Of a stretch of 64,000 bases of DNA, positions 33,801-45,290 are shown one piece after another. The DNA lies in contig DILC01000044.1 in the NCBI GenBank assembly GCA_002424865.1, positions 40,661 through 104,660 of the forward strand, given 5' to 3'. Each line of letters starts with the position of its first letter. Positions within the stretch are counted from its first letter, which is position 1. Source of the DNA: Rhodocyclaceae bacterium UBA5602 (GTDB lineage Bacteria; Pseudomonadota; Gammaproteobacteria; Burkholderiales; Rhodocyclaceae). Made by a program: the position numbers and the translations under genes. Below the pieces are notes generated by a model, which saw only the letters and a program-made list of their open reading frames with translations, ran no database searches and had not been told where the DNA came from.

Positions 33801-35204
33801 TTAAAAACCATATGGCGTCACCTGTGTTTGCTTCAAAATCGTCTCGCGCGCTAAGCGGGCGTGTTGGCGCAAAGTGTAGAGCATGTCAGCAAAAGCTAAT
33901 GGCGTGCGAATATGACTCACGTCCGCTTCTATGTCATCGAGCTTTTTGAGCCATTCGTCGCGGGTATAGCGTTGCGGTGCAGCCTCGACTTCGCTCTCCA
34001 GGAACTTCAACTCGCCATAGCGCCGATAGATGCGTGAGCGAATCCGCCAGCCATACAAGCTCGGCGCAAAGCGAAACAAGGGGTAAAGCACGGCCAGGAC
34101 AGGCACCAGCATGACCAGCAGACGATCAATCAAAATTGCCGCCCAAAAGGGTAAATAACGTTGCAAGAAAGGCTTTCCATTGGTGTAATAACGTACAGCT
34201 TCCGGCGCTATTGGAAATTCGCCATTACTGGCCTGGCGCGGAAATTCCCCCGCCTTTTGGAACACGCCAGGCTCGGCATGCACGCGGCTTGCCGCCTGCA
34301 GTAAAAGCCACAACACCGCAGGGTGCGTCACTTCGCGCGCCAGGAGCATTGCCGTTGTCGCCACCAGATGAGTATCACGCGGCGGAATATCCTGCACCAA
34401 ATCAATCGCGCCACGAGGCAGCACCAGATGCTTCAAGTAGGCAAATCGACGCGTATAGGCTTCCGCTTGCTTGATATTCATCAGGTGCACGCCGGGGGTA
34501 TACAGCAGCATCCACACCAACGCCGATTGGGTAGGTCCGACGACAAATACTGCATCAAGATCGCCTGCGGCTAACCTGGCCGCCACATCGAAGCCACCAG
34601 CCTCAACCAGCTTTGTGTTTTTGGCATTCAGGCCATTTGCCGCGAGCAATTCCATCGCCAAACGCTGCGTGCCGCTCCCAGCCTCACCGATAGCCACGCG
34701 CTTACCCTTGAGTTCAACAAGGCGCGTGCCAACTTGCGAACCATCCAAACTTTTATTTTGCTTGCCACTCTCTGGCTTGCCCTGGTGCAAACCGTCTTTC
34801 AAGGCACCTTGGCGATAAAAAATCCACATCGGCTCGTTATACAGCTCGCCCAAAGACACCAGGGTTTCTTCATCCGCCTTGGATAACGCCGTTCCCCCTT
34901 GAATAAAAGCGGCATCCACGCCCGAGCCGGGGTCGCGCAGACGCTGAAGATTTTCCGGTGAGCCTTTGGACGGCTGGGCGATCAGCCTCACGCCGTTTTT
35001 TGCTAATTCGTCCGCATACAGCGCACCAAAGCGCTGATACGCTCCGCCCTCACTGCCGGTGCTGATGACCACACTGCCAGGCGGTGCGGGCTTGATGAAT
35101 TTCGCAGCCACCCAGAAAGCGGCTAACGCCAGCAAAAGGGAAGGCAGCACGACAAAAATCACATCGCGCCAGGACAGCAACTTGAGTTTTTCAGGCATAC
35201 GCAT
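33801..35204 (-). CDS. TAXI-family TRAP solute receptor with N- and C-terminal TM segments
   Basis: STGSEGGAY, SKGSPENL, AFIQGG, LKGKRVAIGEAGSGT; C-terminal LQRYLPFW plus TM segment and helical tail. Confidence 0.8.
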   Translation of the reverse strand: MRMPEKLKLLSWRDVIFVVLPSLLLALAAFWVAAKFIKPAPPGSVVISTGSEGGAYQRFGALYADELAKNGVRLIAQPSKGSPENLQRLRDPGSGVDAAFIQGGTALSKADEETLVSLGELYNEPMWIFYRQGALKDGLHQGKPESGKQNKSLDGSQVGTRLVELKGKRVAIGEAGSGTQRLAMELLAANGLNAKNTKLVEAGGFDVAARLAAGDLDAVFVVGPTQSALVWMLLYTPGVHLMNIKQAEAYTRRFAYLKHLVLPRGAIDLVQDIPPRDTHLVATTAMLLAREVTHPAVLWLLLQAASRVHAEPGVFQKAGEFPRQASNGEFPIAPEAVRYYTNGKPFLQRYLPFWAAILIDRLLVMLVPVLAVLYPLFRFAPSLYGWRIRSRIYRRYGELKFLESEVEAAPQRYTRDEWLKKLDDIEADVSHIRTPLAFADMLYTLRQHARLARETILKQTQVTPYGF

Positions 35205-35637
35205 ACCGAACGGAGGTGTGCAGCAAGGCTGGACTAACGCTCATGGCAAGTAAATGCCACCCGCTGATGATGAAATACGCGAAAGGCAGCATAAAGACCC
35301 GCCCCCTCCCAGCCGCGAGGCGAGACACGGCTGGCTGTGCAAAGTCAGCGCAGGCGTCGCGGATTCCCGCCCCCCTCCCAGCTTCCCCCGCACGGGGGAG
35401 GAGACTGTCTGGCTCGCTGCGCGAGAGGCGTGACCCGGCATCAAATGGCGTTGTTTCACGCTAATAACAACGCATGGACGGCCGCTCGGGACGCGGGTAT
35501 TTAGCGTGAAAAACAGAAACGGAGCCCCGTGTGATATCGAGATTGGAAGCCCCGCCTTGGGGCGGGGTGTGGGGTGGGGAGCGTTTATGCTTGCCCACGT
35601 TTTCATCCTCGCGGGTGGGCGTTGGCGACCATGCGCG

Positions 35638-36111
35638 TTAAAAAGGAATATCGTCCTCAAAATCATTAAAGCCGCTGCCGCCCGCATTGGGATTAGCGGG
35701 GGCACTGGCAGGCTTGGCCGCTGGCGCATCATACGAGGAACGCCCACCCTCGCGTGACGGCGCATCGCCCATGCCTTGACGGCTGCCAAGCATCTGCATG
35801 GTGTCTGCCACGATTTCTGTGGTGTACCTGTCCTGGCCGTCTTTATCTTGCCATTTGCGTGTTTTGAGCGAACCTTCGATATACACCTGCGAGCCTTTTT
35901 TGAGATATTGCCCGGCGATCTCGGCGAGTTTGCGGAAAAAAACCACACGATGCCATTCGGTGGCTTCTTTTTTCTCGCCGGAATTTTTATCTTTCCAGGT
36001 ATCGGTAGTGGCCAGGGTGATATTCACCACCGCATCGCCATTGGGCATGTAGCGTGATTCAGGGTCTTTCCCCAGATTACCGACCAGAATCACCTTGTTG
36101 ACTGATGCCAT
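35638..36111 (-). CDS. ssb: Single-stranded DNA-binding protein
   Basis: [20 protein letters not shown]. Confidence 0.97.
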   Translation of the reverse strand: MASVNKVILVGNLGKDPESRYMPNGDAVVNITLATTDTWKDKNSGEKKEATEWHRVVFFRKLAEIAGQYLKKGSQVYIEGSLKTRKWQDKDGQDRYTTEIVADTMQMLGSRQGMGDAPSREGGRSSYDAPAAKPASAPANPNAGGSGFNDFEDDIPF

Positions 36112-36174
36112 AAAAATCTCCTTCAAAAATAAGGCATTAAGTAAATATCGAGGTTATGCAATACAAGTGCGCTC

Positions 36175-37383
36175 TTATAGTGTTACTGAGGCAATCGGCT
36201 GCCTTGGCACGATGGGACGCATGCTAGCAGCAGCAGCCAGCCAAAGTGTGGTTACCCCTGCAGCAAAAACAAACACGCTTTGGGAACCAAGGTACTTGGC
36301 TAGCAAACCACCTATGGCACCACCCAAAAACAGACCCAGCGACTGGGTTGTGTTATAGACGCCAAGGGCAGCGCCCTTGGCGCGTGGTGGCGCAACGCGG
36401 GAAATCAGTGAAGGCAGCATGGCTTCCAACAGATTGAAGGCGACAAAAAAACTCAGCAGCCCTCCGACCACGATATAAAAATGGTTTCCTTCTACGCCCA
36501 GCACCAGCAAAGTCAGCAGCAACAACACAATGGCCGCAATAAAGACCACGCGCAGCTTTTGCCGCTTTTCAGCATAAATAATCGCCGGCACCATGATGAC
36601 GAAAGAAGCCAAAACAGCAGGCAAATACACCTTCCAATGCGCTGCCAAGGGCAAATTACCCGTTTTAATCAACAGACCCGGCACAACAAGAAACAGCATC
36701 ATTTGCGACATATGCAGCGTAAAGATGCCCAAATTAAGCCGTAACAACTGCGTATTGACCAGCACTTCACGCAGCGGCACACGCGGTCCGGGCTGCACAA
36801 GCGGCGGCTCAGGAACAACATGGGTAAGCACGGCAATGGCTACCAGCGCCAGCGCGCCCGTCATCCAGAAAATTCCGTGCATGCCAATCAGGCTGTAGAG
36901 CAAAGGCGCGGCCACCAGCGACAAGGCAAACACCAGGCCAATGGACGAGCCTATCATCGCCATCACCTTGGTGCGATGCTGCTCGCGCGTGAGATCCGCC
37001 GCCAGCGCGGTAATCGCCGCAGAAATCGCCCCCGCACCCTGAATCACGCGGCCGAAGATTGTCCAGTAAATATCATTTGCCAAGGCAGCAACGACCGACC
37101 CAATCGCGAAAATCAACAAGCCAATGACCATCACCCGCTTGCGCCCGAAAATATCGGAGGCAATGCCAAAGGGTATCTGAAAAAAGGCTTGCGTTAAACC
37201 ATACGCACCTAGCGCAATACCCACCAAGAGAAGGTTATCCCCCCCTGCCAGGCTCGGCGCATAAACAGAAAAAACAGGAAGAATCAAAAACATGCCCAAC
37301 ATGCGCAGGCCAAAAATAGACGCTAAAGATGCACCTGCCCGCATTTCTTCGCGGCTCATGGCATCGGTGAGTTGGTCAGACAT
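36175..37383 (-). CDS. MFS transporter (YajR-like)
   Basis: LRMLGMFLILPV, SDIFGRK, GRVIQGAGAIS; typical uvrA/MFS/ssb arrangement. Confidence 0.88.
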   Translation of the reverse strand: MSDQLTDAMSREEMRAGASLASIFGLRMLGMFLILPVFSVYAPSLAGGDNLLLVGIALGAYGLTQAFFQIPFGIASDIFGRKRVMVIGLLIFAIGSVVAALANDIYWTIFGRVIQGAGAISAAITALAADLTREQHRTKVMAMIGSSIGLVFALSLVAAPLLYSLIGMHGIFWMTGALALVAIAVLTHVVPEPPLVQPGPRVPLREVLVNTQLLRLNLGIFTLHMSQMMLFLVVPGLLIKTGNLPLAAHWKVYLPAVLASFVIMVPAIIYAEKRQKLRVVFIAAIVLLLLTLLVLGVEGNHFYIVVGGLLSFFVAFNLLEAMLPSLISRVAPPRAKGAALGVYNTTQSLGLFLGGAIGGLLAKYLGSQSVFVFAAGVTTLWLAAAASMRPIVPRQPIASVTL

Positions 37384-37480
37384 GGAAGAGTCGAGGTTAT
37401 AAATGAAGCCGCGTATACTAGACCATTAACCGGTCGGCCTGCAGCCCGATCTGCAGCCATATAACACTCACGCCAGCATA

Positions 37481-40390
37481 ATGGACACCATCAAAATTCG
37501 CGGTGCGCGCACGCACAACCTCAAGAACATCAATCTGGATCTGCCCCGCAACAAGCTCACCGTCATTACCGGCCTGTCCGGTTCCGGCAAAAGCTCGCTA
37601 GCCTTTGACACGCTCTACGCCGAAGGCCAACGCCGCTATGTGGAGTCGCTCTCGGCCTATGCGCGGCAGTTCTTGCAGATGATGGAAAAGCCGGACGTGG
37701 ATTTGATCGAGGGCTTATCCCCTGCGATTTCCATCGAACAAAAGGCCACCAGCCACAACCCGCGCTCAACGGTTGGCACGGTCACGGAAATTCACGATTA
37801 CCTGCGCCTGCTCTATGCCCGCGCGGGCACGCCGCATTGCCCGGAGCACAATTTGCCGCTGACCGCCATGAGCGTCTCGCAAATGGTCGATCACGTCCTC
37901 GCCCTGCCTGCCGATACGCGGCTGATGATCCTCGCGCCCGTCGTGGCCGAGCGCAAGGGCGAGCAGCTGGAGCTGTTCTCCGAACTGCGCGCGCAGGGCT
38001 TTGTCCGCCTGCGGGTGGATGGCGAGGTGTATGACATTGACAGCATCCCCAAATTGGCCAAAACCAAAAAGCACACGGTGGCTATTGTCGTGGACAGGCT
38101 CAAAGTGCGGGACGACCAGCGCCAGCGCCTGGCGGAAAGCTTTGAGACCGCCCTGCGCCATGCCGAAGGCCGCGCCCTGGCGGTTGAAATGGATGGCGGC
38201 AAGGAACATTTGTTTTCCAGCAAGTTTGCCTGCCCTGTGTGCAGCTATTCCTTGCAGGAGCTGGAACCCCGCCTGTTTTCATTCAACAACCCGATGGGCG
38301 CCTGCCCGTCTTGCGATGGCCTGGGGCAGATTCAGTTTTTTGACCCGGCGCGCGTCGTGGCCTACCCGCACTTATCGCTCAGCGAGGGCGCCATCAAGGG
38401 CTGGGACAAGCGTAACCAGTTTTATTTTCAGATGCTGGAGTCCTTGGCTGCGCACTATCACATTGACACCACGCGCCCTTTTGAAGCGCTGCCGGAAAAT
38501 ATCCGCCACATCATTTTGTATGGCTCGGGCACCGAGCAGATCAGCTTCAAGTATCTCAGCGAAAAAGGCACACGCTTTGAGCGCAGCCACGTCTTTGAAG
38601 GCATCATCAACAGCATGGAGCGGCGCTATCGCGAAAGCGATTCCATGAGTGTGCGCGAGGATTTGGTCAAATACCTGAATCACAAGCCCTGCCCTGAATG
38701 CCACGGCCAGCGCCTGCGCCGCGAGGCACGGCATGTGTTTGTTGGCGGGCAAACCATTTCAGCTGTAAGCCACCTGTCGCTCGCCCACTGCCGCGACTTT
38801 TTCGAGACGCTCGCCTTGAGTGGGCAAAAAGCGCAAGTCGCTGAAAAAATCCTCAAAGAGCTCACCTCGCGGCTCTCTTTCCTCATCAACGTGGGCCTGA
38901 ATTACCTCTCGCTGGACCGTTCGGCCGAAACCTTGTCGGGCGGCGAAGCACAGCGCATTCGGCTGGCCTCGCAAATCGGCTCGGGCCTCACGGGGGTGAT
39001 GTATGTGCTCGATGAACCGTCCATCGGCCTGCATCAGCGCGACAATACGCGCCTCTTGGAAACGCTCATCCACCTGCGTGACCTGGGCAACACCGTGATC
39101 GTGGTCGAGCACGATCAAGAAGCCATTGAAGCGGCTGATTATGTGGTCGACATCGGCCCCGGCGCTGGCGAGCATGGCGGCCAAATCGTTGCCGAGGGCA
39201 CGCCGCAGCAAGTCGCCGCGAATGAAAATTCTCCCACCGGCGCTTATCTGTCCGGTCGCCGCCGTATCGCCATCCCCGACTTTCGCACGCCACCGGATGC
39301 CGAACGCTGGCTAAAAATCCTGGGCGCGGCTGGCAACAATCTCAAGAACGTGCACCTGGAAATTCCCGTCGGCTTACTCACCTGCATCACCGGCGTTTCC
39401 GGCTCGGGCAAATCCACGCTCATTAACGACACGCTCTATGCCGCCGCTGCCCGCCATCTTTACGCGGCCACCACCGAGCCTGCCGCTTACCAGGAAATCA
39501 CCGGGCTGGAGTTTTTCGATAAGGTGATCAGCGTCGACCAAGCCCCGATCGGCCGCACGCCACGCTCCAACCCTGCCACTTATACCGGCTTACTGACGCC
39601 CATTCGCGAACTCTTCGCTGGTGTGCCCGCTGCGCGCGAGCGCGGTTACGGGCCGGGGCGCTTTTCGTTCAATGTCAAGGGCGGGCGTTGCGAAGCCTGC
39701 CAGGGCGATGGCATGATCAAGGTGGAAATGCATTTTTTGCCGGATATTTTTGTCGCCTGTGATGTTTGCCACGGCAAACGCTACAACCGCGAGACCCTGG
39801 AAGTGCGCTACAAGGGCAAAACCATCCATGAAGTGCTGCACATGACGGTTGAGCAAGCGCGCGAATTTTTCGATGCCGTGCCCATCATTGCCCGGAAACT
39901 GCAAACGCTGGTCGATGTCGGGCTGTCGTATATCCAGCTCGGCCAAAGCGCGATCACCCTCTCAGGCGGCGAAGCGCAGCGCGTGAAACTCGCGCTGGAA
40001 CTCTCCAAACGCGACACTGGCCGCACCTTGTACATTCTGGATGAACCCACCACCGGCCTGCATTTCCACGACATTGAAATGCTGCTCTCCGTGCTGCACC
40101 GGCTGCGCGACCAGGGCAATACCATCGTCGTGATCGAACATAATCTGGATGTCATCAAAACCGCCGACTGGGTGGTAGACCTCGGCCCCGAAGGCGGAGA
40201 CGGCGGCGGGAGAATTATCGCGGCCGGCACGCCGGAACAAGTCGCTAGCGTAGCTGACAGCCCGACGGGGGAATATCTGCAAAAAATCCTTCCCGCACCC
40301 GTCATGCGCACGGCCATGGACACCCCCAAGGTGGCTGCCAAAGCACCCCCCAAAGCCGCGACAAAAACCGGCAAGCATGGCGCAACATGA
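37481..40390 (+). CDS. uvrA: Excinuclease ABC subunit A
   Basis: Two ABC ATPase sites ([18 protein letters not shown]), LSGGEAQR twice, zinc-binding CxxC motifs. Confidence 0.98.
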   Translation: MDTIKIRGARTHNLKNINLDLPRNKLTVITGLSGSGKSSLAFDTLYAEGQRRYVESLSAYARQFLQMMEKPDVDLIEGLSPAISIEQKATSHNPRSTVGTVTEIHDYLRLLYARAGTPHCPEHNLPLTAMSVSQMVDHVLALPADTRLMILAPVVAERKGEQLELFSELRAQGFVRLRVDGEVYDIDSIPKLAKTKKHTVAIVVDRLKVRDDQRQRLAESFETALRHAEGRALAVEMDGGKEHLFSSKFACPVCSYSLQELEPRLFSFNNPMGACPSCDGLGQIQFFDPARVVAYPHLSLSEGAIKGWDKRNQFYFQMLESLAAHYHIDTTRPFEALPENIRHIILYGSGTEQISFKYLSEKGTRFERSHVFEGIINSMERRYRESDSMSVREDLVKYLNHKPCPECHGQRLRREARHVFVGGQTISAVSHLSLAHCRDFFETLALSGQKAQVAEKILKELTSRLSFLINVGLNYLSLDRSAETLSGGEAQRIRLASQIGSGLTGVMYVLDEPSIGLHQRDNTRLLETLIHLRDLGNTVIVVEHDQEAIEAADYVVDIGPGAGEHGGQIVAEGTPQQVAANENSPTGAYLSGRRRIAIPDFRTPPDAERWLKILGAAGNNLKNVHLEIPVGLLTCITGVSGSGKSTLINDTLYAAAARHLYAATTEPAAYQEITGLEFFDKVISVDQAPIGRTPRSNPATYTGLLTPIRELFAGVPAARERGYGPGRFSFNVKGGRCEACQGDGMIKVEMHFLPDIFVACDVCHGKRYNRETLEVRYKGKTIHEVLHMTVEQAREFFDAVPIIARKLQTLVDVGLSYIQLGQSAITLSGGEAQRVKLALELSKRDTGRTLYILDEPTTGLHFHDIEMLLSVLHRLRDQGNTIVVIEHNLDVIKTADWVVDLGPEGGDGGGRIIAAGTPEQVASVADSPTGEYLQKILPAPVMRTAMDTPKVAAKAPPKAATKTGKHGAT
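39260..39283 (-). repeat. 24-bp dispersed motif copy (antisense in uvrA)
   Basis: AAAGTCGGGGATGGCGATACGGCG, 21/24; encodes RRIAIPDF. Confidence 0.75.
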
Positions 40391-40403
40391 GATATTGCCG
40401 CGC

Positions 40404-40436
40404 ATGAGTTGCCAATGAGTTGCCAATGAGTTGCCA
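40404..40436 (+). repeat. Tandem repeat, 11 bp x3
   Basis: ATGAGTTGCCA three times, perfect. Confidence 0.95.
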
Positions 40437-40450
40437 AGGGGAACGGTGAA

Positions 40451-40474
40451 AAAGTCGGCGCCGGCGAGACGGCA
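40451..40474 (+). repeat. 24-bp dispersed motif copy (intergenic, after uvrA)
   Basis: AAAGTCGGCGCCGGCGAGACGGCA, 22/24. Confidence 0.9.
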
Positions 40475-40598
40475 TGAGGTATTGCGGCAAGGTATCGCAA
40501 AGTGCCGCAAGACGGCAAAATGAGAAAACACACGCCCAACAGCCCGTAGCGGCAACATCTTACCCCGTCAAAACCAGAACATCTTCCCTGCGCCGCTG

Positions 40599-40627
40599 TT
40601 GAAATCCAGCCTTATCCTGCGTATAGT
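40599..40627 (+). promoter_or_regulatory. Sigma70-like promoter upstream of argD
   Basis: TTGAAA-N17-TATAGT. Confidence 0.65.
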
Positions 40628-40645
40628 AAACAACGTGTTTTCAGC

Positions 40646-40685
40646 ACGGCGGCCCTGTTTATTCCTGGCCGCCGTATGTTTTTTT
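40646..40685 (+). terminator. Terminator-like hairpin in the argD leader
   Basis: ACGGCGGCC-12 nt-GGCCGCCGT followed by ATG and T7. Confidence 0.6.
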
Positions 40686-40722
40686 ATCCTGCTTTTTTAG
40701 CCAGCTTTAGCGGAGCACTTTC

Positions 40723-41907
40723 ATGCCGCATTTAATGAACACTTACGGGCGCCTTCCCATCGCCTTTACTCATGGCGAAGGCTGCCGTTTATTTGACGAG
40801 CAAGGCAACGCCTACCTTGACGGCCTCTCGGGTATTGCCGTCAATACGCTGGGGCACAACCATCCTCGGCTGGTTGCCGCCTTGAGCAAGCAAGTGGGCC
40901 GCCTGATCCACACCTCCAACCTGTACCGCATCCGCGAGGCTGAAGAAGCGTCGGATCGTCTGGCAAGCGTTGCGAAAATGGATGAAGTCTTTTTCTGCAA
41001 TTCAGGTTGCGAGGCAAATGAAGCCGCAATCAAACTGGCGCGCCTGTATGGGCATCAGCAGGGCATTGAGCAGCCGGCCATTATCGTCATGGAGCAAGCC
41101 TTTCACGGGCGCACCCTAGCCACCCTTTCCGCTACCGGCAACCGCAAGGCGCAAGCAGGCTTTGAGCCGCTGGTTTCCGGCTTTATCCGTGTGCCATTCG
41201 ATGACCTGCCCGCCATTGAGCAAGTTGCGCTAAACAATCCCAACGTCGTCGCCGTCCTCTTCGAGCCAGTCCAGGGCGAAGGCGGCATCCATAGCGCACA
41301 CCATGAATTCATGCGCTCGTTGCGCACCTTGTGCACCGAGAAAAGCTGGCTGTTCATGGTGGATGAAGTGCAATGCGGCCTGGGGCGTACCGGCAAGTGG
41401 TTTGCCCACCAGCACGCGGGCATTTTGCCGGACGTGATGACGCTGGCCAAAGGCCTGGGCTCTGGCGTGCCGATTGGCGCCTGTTTGGCGGCGGGTCCTG
41501 CTGCAGGCGTGTTCAAGCCAGGCAACCATGGCTCCACCTTTGGTGGCAACCCGCTGGCCTGCACGGCTGCGCTCACCACCTTGCAAGTGATAGAAACGGA
41601 CGGCCTGATCACCCGCGCCGCCGAGCTTGGCGACCTGATTTGTGAGGGGCTGGCGCACGGCTTGGCGGACGGGGAAAACTTGACGGCGGGTATTACGGAG
41701 ATACGCCACAACGGCCTGTTGATTGGCGTGGAACTTGACCGTCCTTGTGGCGTTTTGGTGCAGCGCGCCCTGGTCAAGGGGCTGCTCATCAATGTCACGG
41801 CAGAAAAGGTGGTGCGCCTCTTGCCACCGCTCATCATGACGGACGCCGAGGCCAGCGAATTGGTCGCAACGCTTGTGCCCATCATTCTCGACTTTCTCAA
41901 GGAGTGA
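40723..41907 (+). CDS. argD: Acetylornithine aminotransferase
   Basis: Class III PLP motifs FHGRT, EPVQGEGG, DEVQCG, TLAKGLG, HGSTFGGNP. Confidence 0.93.
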   Translation: MPHLMNTYGRLPIAFTHGEGCRLFDEQGNAYLDGLSGIAVNTLGHNHPRLVAALSKQVGRLIHTSNLYRIREAEEASDRLASVAKMDEVFFCNSGCEANEAAIKLARLYGHQQGIEQPAIIVMEQAFHGRTLATLSATGNRKAQAGFEPLVSGFIRVPFDDLPAIEQVALNNPNVVAVLFEPVQGEGGIHSAHHEFMRSLRTLCTEKSWLFMVDEVQCGLGRTGKWFAHQHAGILPDVMTLAKGLGSGVPIGACLAAGPAAGVFKPGNHGSTFGGNPLACTAALTTLQVIETDGLITRAAELGDLICEGLAHGLADGENLTAGITEIRHNGLLIGVELDRPCGVLVQRALVKGLLINVTAEKVVRLLPPLIMTDAEASELVATLVPIILDFLKE

Positions 41908-42839
41908 TGATGACTAGCGCCCCGCCCCGTCATTTCCTGGAATTCAAAGACCTCTCGCGTGACGAGCTGGAACATGTTTTCATGCGCAGCCAGCGCATCA
42001 AGGCGCGCTTCAAGGCTTATGAGCGCTACTGGCCCCTGCAGGACCGCACGCTGGTGATGATTTTCGAAAAAGCCAGCACGCGCACGCGGCTGTCATTTGA
42101 GGCTGGCATGCACCAACTCGGCGGCGCGGCGATTTATCTCAACACGCGCGACTCGCAACTCGGCCGTGGCGAGCCGGTGGAAGACGCAGCGCAAGTCATC
42201 TCGCGCATGGGCGATATGGTCATGATCCGCACTTTCGAGCAGGCCATCATCGAGCGCTTCGCCAAAAATTCACGCGTGCCGGTGATCAACGGGCTGACCA
42301 ATGAATACCACCCCTGCCAGATCCTCGCCGATATTTTCACCTTCATCGAGCATCGCGGCGCCATCCAGGGCAAAACCGTGGCCTGGATAGGCGACTCGAA
42401 TAACGTCTGCAATACCTGGCTGCAAGCGGCCGAAGTGTTCGACTTCAAGGTTCACGTCTCCACCCCGCCCGGCTATGAAGTCGAGCCTGACCGCGTGGGC
42501 TTGGATGGCACGCAGCACTTTGCCCAATTTGCCGACCCGATGGAGGCCGCCCGTGGCGCGGATTTAGTCACCACGGATGTATGGACGTCGATGGGTTTTG
42601 AAGCCGAAAACGAAGAGCGCATGCGCGACTTTGCCGACTGGCAGGTGGACGCCGAAATGATGCACATATCCGCCCCGAATGCGCTTTTCATGCACTGCCT
42701 GCCTGCCCATCGTGGCGAAGAAGTCGCAGCGGAGGTCATTGACGGCCCGCAAAGCGTGGTCTGGGATGAAGCTGAAAACCGCTTGCACACACAAAAAGCC
42801 TTGATGGAATTTCTACTCCTCGGAAAAATCAACGATTAA
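41907..42839 (+). CDS. argF: Ornithine carbamoyltransferase
   Basis: STRTR, HPCQ, SMG and HCLP motifs; ATG overlaps the argD stop. Confidence 0.96.
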   Translation: MMTSAPPRHFLEFKDLSRDELEHVFMRSQRIKARFKAYERYWPLQDRTLVMIFEKASTRTRLSFEAGMHQLGGAAIYLNTRDSQLGRGEPVEDAAQVISRMGDMVMIRTFEQAIIERFAKNSRVPVINGLTNEYHPCQILADIFTFIEHRGAIQGKTVAWIGDSNNVCNTWLQAAEVFDFKVHVSTPPGYEVEPDRVGLDGTQHFAQFADPMEAARGADLVTTDVWTSMGFEAENEERMRDFADWQVDAEMMHISAPNALFMHCLPAHRGEEVAAEVIDGPQSVVWDEAENRLHTQKALMEFLLLGKIND

Positions 42840-42853
42840 CAGGAAAGCGATTC

Positions 42854-44155
<1,302 letters not shown>

Positions 44156-44179
44156 GCCATCCAATAAGGCCTAATTTTC

Positions 44180-44389
44180 ATGTTCGGCATTTCGGAAGAG
44201 CAGATGGCCCAGTTTGGCATGACCTTTGGCCTCGCGGCCTTCATGCTTTACATGCTGTTCATCATTGGCGAGCTGGCCTGGAAATCCCGGGCAGGAAAAT
44301 TAGGCACGTTTATTTTGTTCTTTGTCCTGGCGTTTGGCATGGTGGGATTCATTGCCAAATTCATTATTCAGAAAATGTGGGGAATTTAA
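44180..44389 (+). CDS. Small membrane protein (DUF2788-like)
   Basis: [20 protein letters not shown]; two TM segments. Confidence 0.75.
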   Translation: MFGISEEQMAQFGMTFGLAAFMLYMLFIIGELAWKSRAGKLGTFILFFVLAFGMVGFIAKFIIQKMWGI

Positions 44390-44390
44390 T

Positions 44391-44702
44391 ATGTCGCAAT
44401 TCGAATCTGTTGCCGTTACAAAAAAAGCCAATGTGTACTTTGATGGCAAGTGCGTGAGCCACACGATACAACTGGCTGATGGCACCAAAAAGAGTGTCGG
44501 TGTCATTCTGCCCTCGACGCTCACATTTAACACCGGCGCGCCTGAAATCATGGAAACGGTTGTCGGCACTTGCCGCTACAAGCTCGCTGGACAAGACTGG
44601 AAAACCTGCGCGGCTGGCGAGCAATTCAGCGTACCGGGCAATTCAGCTTTTGATATCGAAGTAACCGGCGAGCCCTACCACTACGTTTGTCATTTTGCCT
44701 GA
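44391..44702 (+). CDS. ppnP: Pyrimidine/purine nucleoside phosphorylase (DUF1255)
   Basis: [31 protein letters not shown]. Confidence 0.9.
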   Translation: MSQFESVAVTKKANVYFDGKCVSHTIQLADGTKKSVGVILPSTLTFNTGAPEIMETVVGTCRYKLAGQDWKTCAAGEQFSVPGNSAFDIEVTGEPYHYVCHFA

Positions 44703-44732
44703 CAGTTTTTTTGCCCATAAGGAAGCTTAAAA

Positions 44733-45227
44733 ATGCCCTCATTTGACATTTCCTCCGAAGCCGATTTAGTCGCCCTGAAAAACGCAGTGGATGTGGCCGG
44801 CCGCCATATCGGCAACCGCTACGACTTCAAGGGCACATCGGCAAAAGTCGAATTCAATGAAAAGGAAAAATCGCTGACCCTCTTTGGCGACTCCGAGTTC
44901 CAGATCAGCCAGATCAAGGACATCCTGTTCCCCGAGATGGAGAAAAAGGAACGTGAGAGCACCAAGCGGCTGGACATGGGCAAAATTGAAACGGTGTCGG
45001 GCAACAAGGCCAAGCAGGAATTGAAAATCAAGATCGGCATAGAAACCGAACTGGCTAAAAAGATCGTCAAGCTCATCAAAGACAGCAAACTCAAAGTGCA
45101 AGCCAGCATCCAGGGCGATGCGGTGCGTGTCACAGGCGCCAAGCGCGATTTGCTGCAGGAGACCATTGCGCTGGTGAAAAAGTCGATTGAAGACTTTCCA
45201 TTGCAATACGGCAATTTCAGGGATTAA
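44733..45227 (+). CDS. yajQ: YajQ family nucleotide-binding protein
   Basis: MPSFDI, NRYDFKG, QASIQGD, LQYGNFRD. Confidence 0.95.
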   Translation: MPSFDISSEADLVALKNAVDVAGRHIGNRYDFKGTSAKVEFNEKEKSLTLFGDSEFQISQIKDILFPEMEKKERESTKRLDMGKIETVSGNKAKQELKIKIGIETELAKKIVKLIKDSKLKVQASIQGDAVRVTGAKRDLLQETIALVKKSIEDFPLQYGNFRD

Positions 45228-45290
45228 AACTTCAGGCATGCAGCGTGGCAGGGCGGGCAAGTTCCCATCCACGTGCCAAGCCAAAAAAAA

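Noticed and set aside
35452..35515. parS site
   Set aside because: Only separated half-site-like sequences (TGTTTCACG, CGTGAAA); no contiguous 16-bp palindrome.
37384..37480. LexA/SOS box upstream of uvrA
   Set aside because: No CTGT-N8-ACAG found; only a CTGCAGCC direct repeat of unclear meaning.
40404..40436. Possible CRISPR array
   Set aside because: Repeats are 11 bp and directly adjacent with no spacers; no cas genes in the window.
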